NCBI GenBank assembly: GCA_000004985.1
Contig: GG738967.1
DNA: 15,995 nucleotides
From: Naegleria gruberi
Taxonomy: Eukaryota
Reading direction: 5' to 3' (one strand)
The notes beneath the pieces were generated by a model that was given only the letters and a program-made list of their open reading frames with translations, was not told the DNA's origin and did not search any database. The number at the start of each line of letters is the position of its first letter. Positions within the stretch are counted from its first letter, which is position 1. The position numbers were made by a program, and so were the translations under genes. This document shows positions 15,387 to 15,995 of the stretch, piece by piece.

Positions 15387-15776
15387 TTTTTTAAAATTAT
15401 TCTTTTTTGATTTTGCAATTCTTTTTGTAATATTACAATAACAAAGAATTTGAAAATCGAACAATATATCAATAGAGTTTTAGAAAATACTAAAGTAATG
15501 TCAAATGTCTAATATGTGATGTGCACTTCTCTTTTTTCTAGACGGTCTACTTTTTTCACACTTTTCACAGTGTAGCCATTCAAACGTGGATGGCTTCATG
15601 TCTAATGCAATTAACAACGTTTTAATGTTTTGTGCTAAATTATGTTCTTTCAATTTGTACAAGAATTCAATAATTAGGTGTATCTTTTATTCCAGGGTCA
15701 GGGAATAGTTCTCATCCATATTAATACCATAGAGCTTTTGGCCTCATTAAGCTTATTGTGAGATTAGATAGAAAAA

Positions 15777-15783
15777 ATGGAAG
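15777..15783 (+). CDS. First coding exon, ATGGAAG (7 nt), of a two-exon (or more) gene
   Basis: agaaaaaATGGAAG|GTATGT: A-rich start context followed at once by a consensus donor. The unspliced frame stops after 4 codons (ATG GAA GGT ATG TAA). Confidence 0.5.
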
Positions 15784-15838
15784 GTATGTAAAGCATGTTT
15801 GTCGCTTACTTAACAAGAGGCTGGTTATTTTACACAAG
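15784..15838 (+). other. Short intron (55 nt; 58 nt if the next AG at 15840-15841 is used), GTATGT ... ACACAAG
   Basis: The downstream ORF beginning at 15814 has no ATG and is in a different frame from ATG 15777. A 55- or 58-nt intron joins them in frame; both acceptors keep the frame. Confidence 0.5.
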
Positions 15839-15995
15839 AAGCCTCTTCTTCTTCGGGAGAAGAATGTGAGGAGGGTGATGATGTTGGATCGTCTGTTCCT
15901 AACTCCAATGCTGCAAGAAGCAAAACAAGAAGTAGAACATCACCATCTAAACAACAACCAAAGGCCAAGAAAAAGAAGCTTCAAGATACAATCAA
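15839..15995 (+). CDS. Exon 2 (partial, runs off the window): acidic Ser/Glu/Asp-rich N-terminus followed by a basic NLS-like stretch
   Basis: Spliced product M E|EASSSSGEECEEGDDVGSSVPNSNAARSKTRSRTSPSKQQPKAKKKKLQDTI..., open to the last base of the window (52 codons, no stop). Confidence 0.55.

Noticed and set aside
15539-15549. Inverted repeat TAGAC-G-GTCTA flanked by T6 runs, and AGCCAT-N10-ATGGCT at 15575-15596, in the divergent promoter
   Set aside because: 5-6 bp arms are expected several times by chance in 6 kb. There is no conserved spacing or second copy, so they are not reported as regulatory sites.
15685-15695. TTTTATTCCAG acceptor-like sequence 82 nt upstream of ATG 15777 (possible trans-splice or 5'-UTR intron acceptor)
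   Set aside because: No upstream donor or exon is visible, and a single YAG after a T-run is common in AT-rich DNA. It cannot be told apart from chance without transcript data.
1-15995. Prokaryotic-style features: CRISPR arrays, defence islands, operons with RBS, rho-independent terminators
   Set aside because: The sequence is eukaryotic: spliceosomal introns confirmed by motif restoration, AATAAA signals, and no Shine-Dalgarno spacing. No direct-repeat/spacer array is present in the readable 6.1 kb.

Overview
Eukaryotic nuclear DNA, not prokaryotic. It is AT-rich (about 35% G+C). It has spliceosomal introns with GTAAGT/GTATGT donors, AATAAA signals shortly after stop codons, and a run of A immediately before almost every start ATG. 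9,846 of 15,995 nt are N (3683-8428 and 9685-14784), so only about 6.1 kb can be read: 1-3682, 8429-9684 and 14785-15995. The readable part is gene-dense, with intergenic spacers of 140-390 bp, and holds seven protein-coding genes or gene ends. (1) minus strand 1..904: 5' part of a secreted/multi-pass membrane glycoprotein that runs off the window; it is absent from the supplied ORF track because it has no stop inside the window. (2) minus 1094..1975: orphan 294-aa protein. (3) plus 2118..3050: orphan 310-aa protein, divergent from (2) across a 142-bp promoter that carries a 27-29 bp direct repeat. (4) plus 3293..8929: large WD40-repeat protein; only 130 N-terminal and 166 C-terminal residues are visible, and both sides are in one frame. 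(5) plus 9090..: a homologue of the heparan-alpha-glucosaminide N-acetyltransferase (HGSNAT)/DUF1624 transmembrane acetyltransferase family, split by a 160-nt intron inside a conserved motif, continuing into the second N block. (6) minus ..15386: F-box protein whose 3' part lies in the second N block. (7) plus 15777..: two-exon gene with a 7-nt first coding exon and a 55-nt intron, running off the window end. No rRNA, tRNA, CRISPR, transposon termini or prokaryote-style defence module is detectable in the readable sequence. The regions most likely to be informative are hidden under the N blocks. Lineage cannot be fixed from sequence alone; a compact nematode-like or protist-like genome fits.
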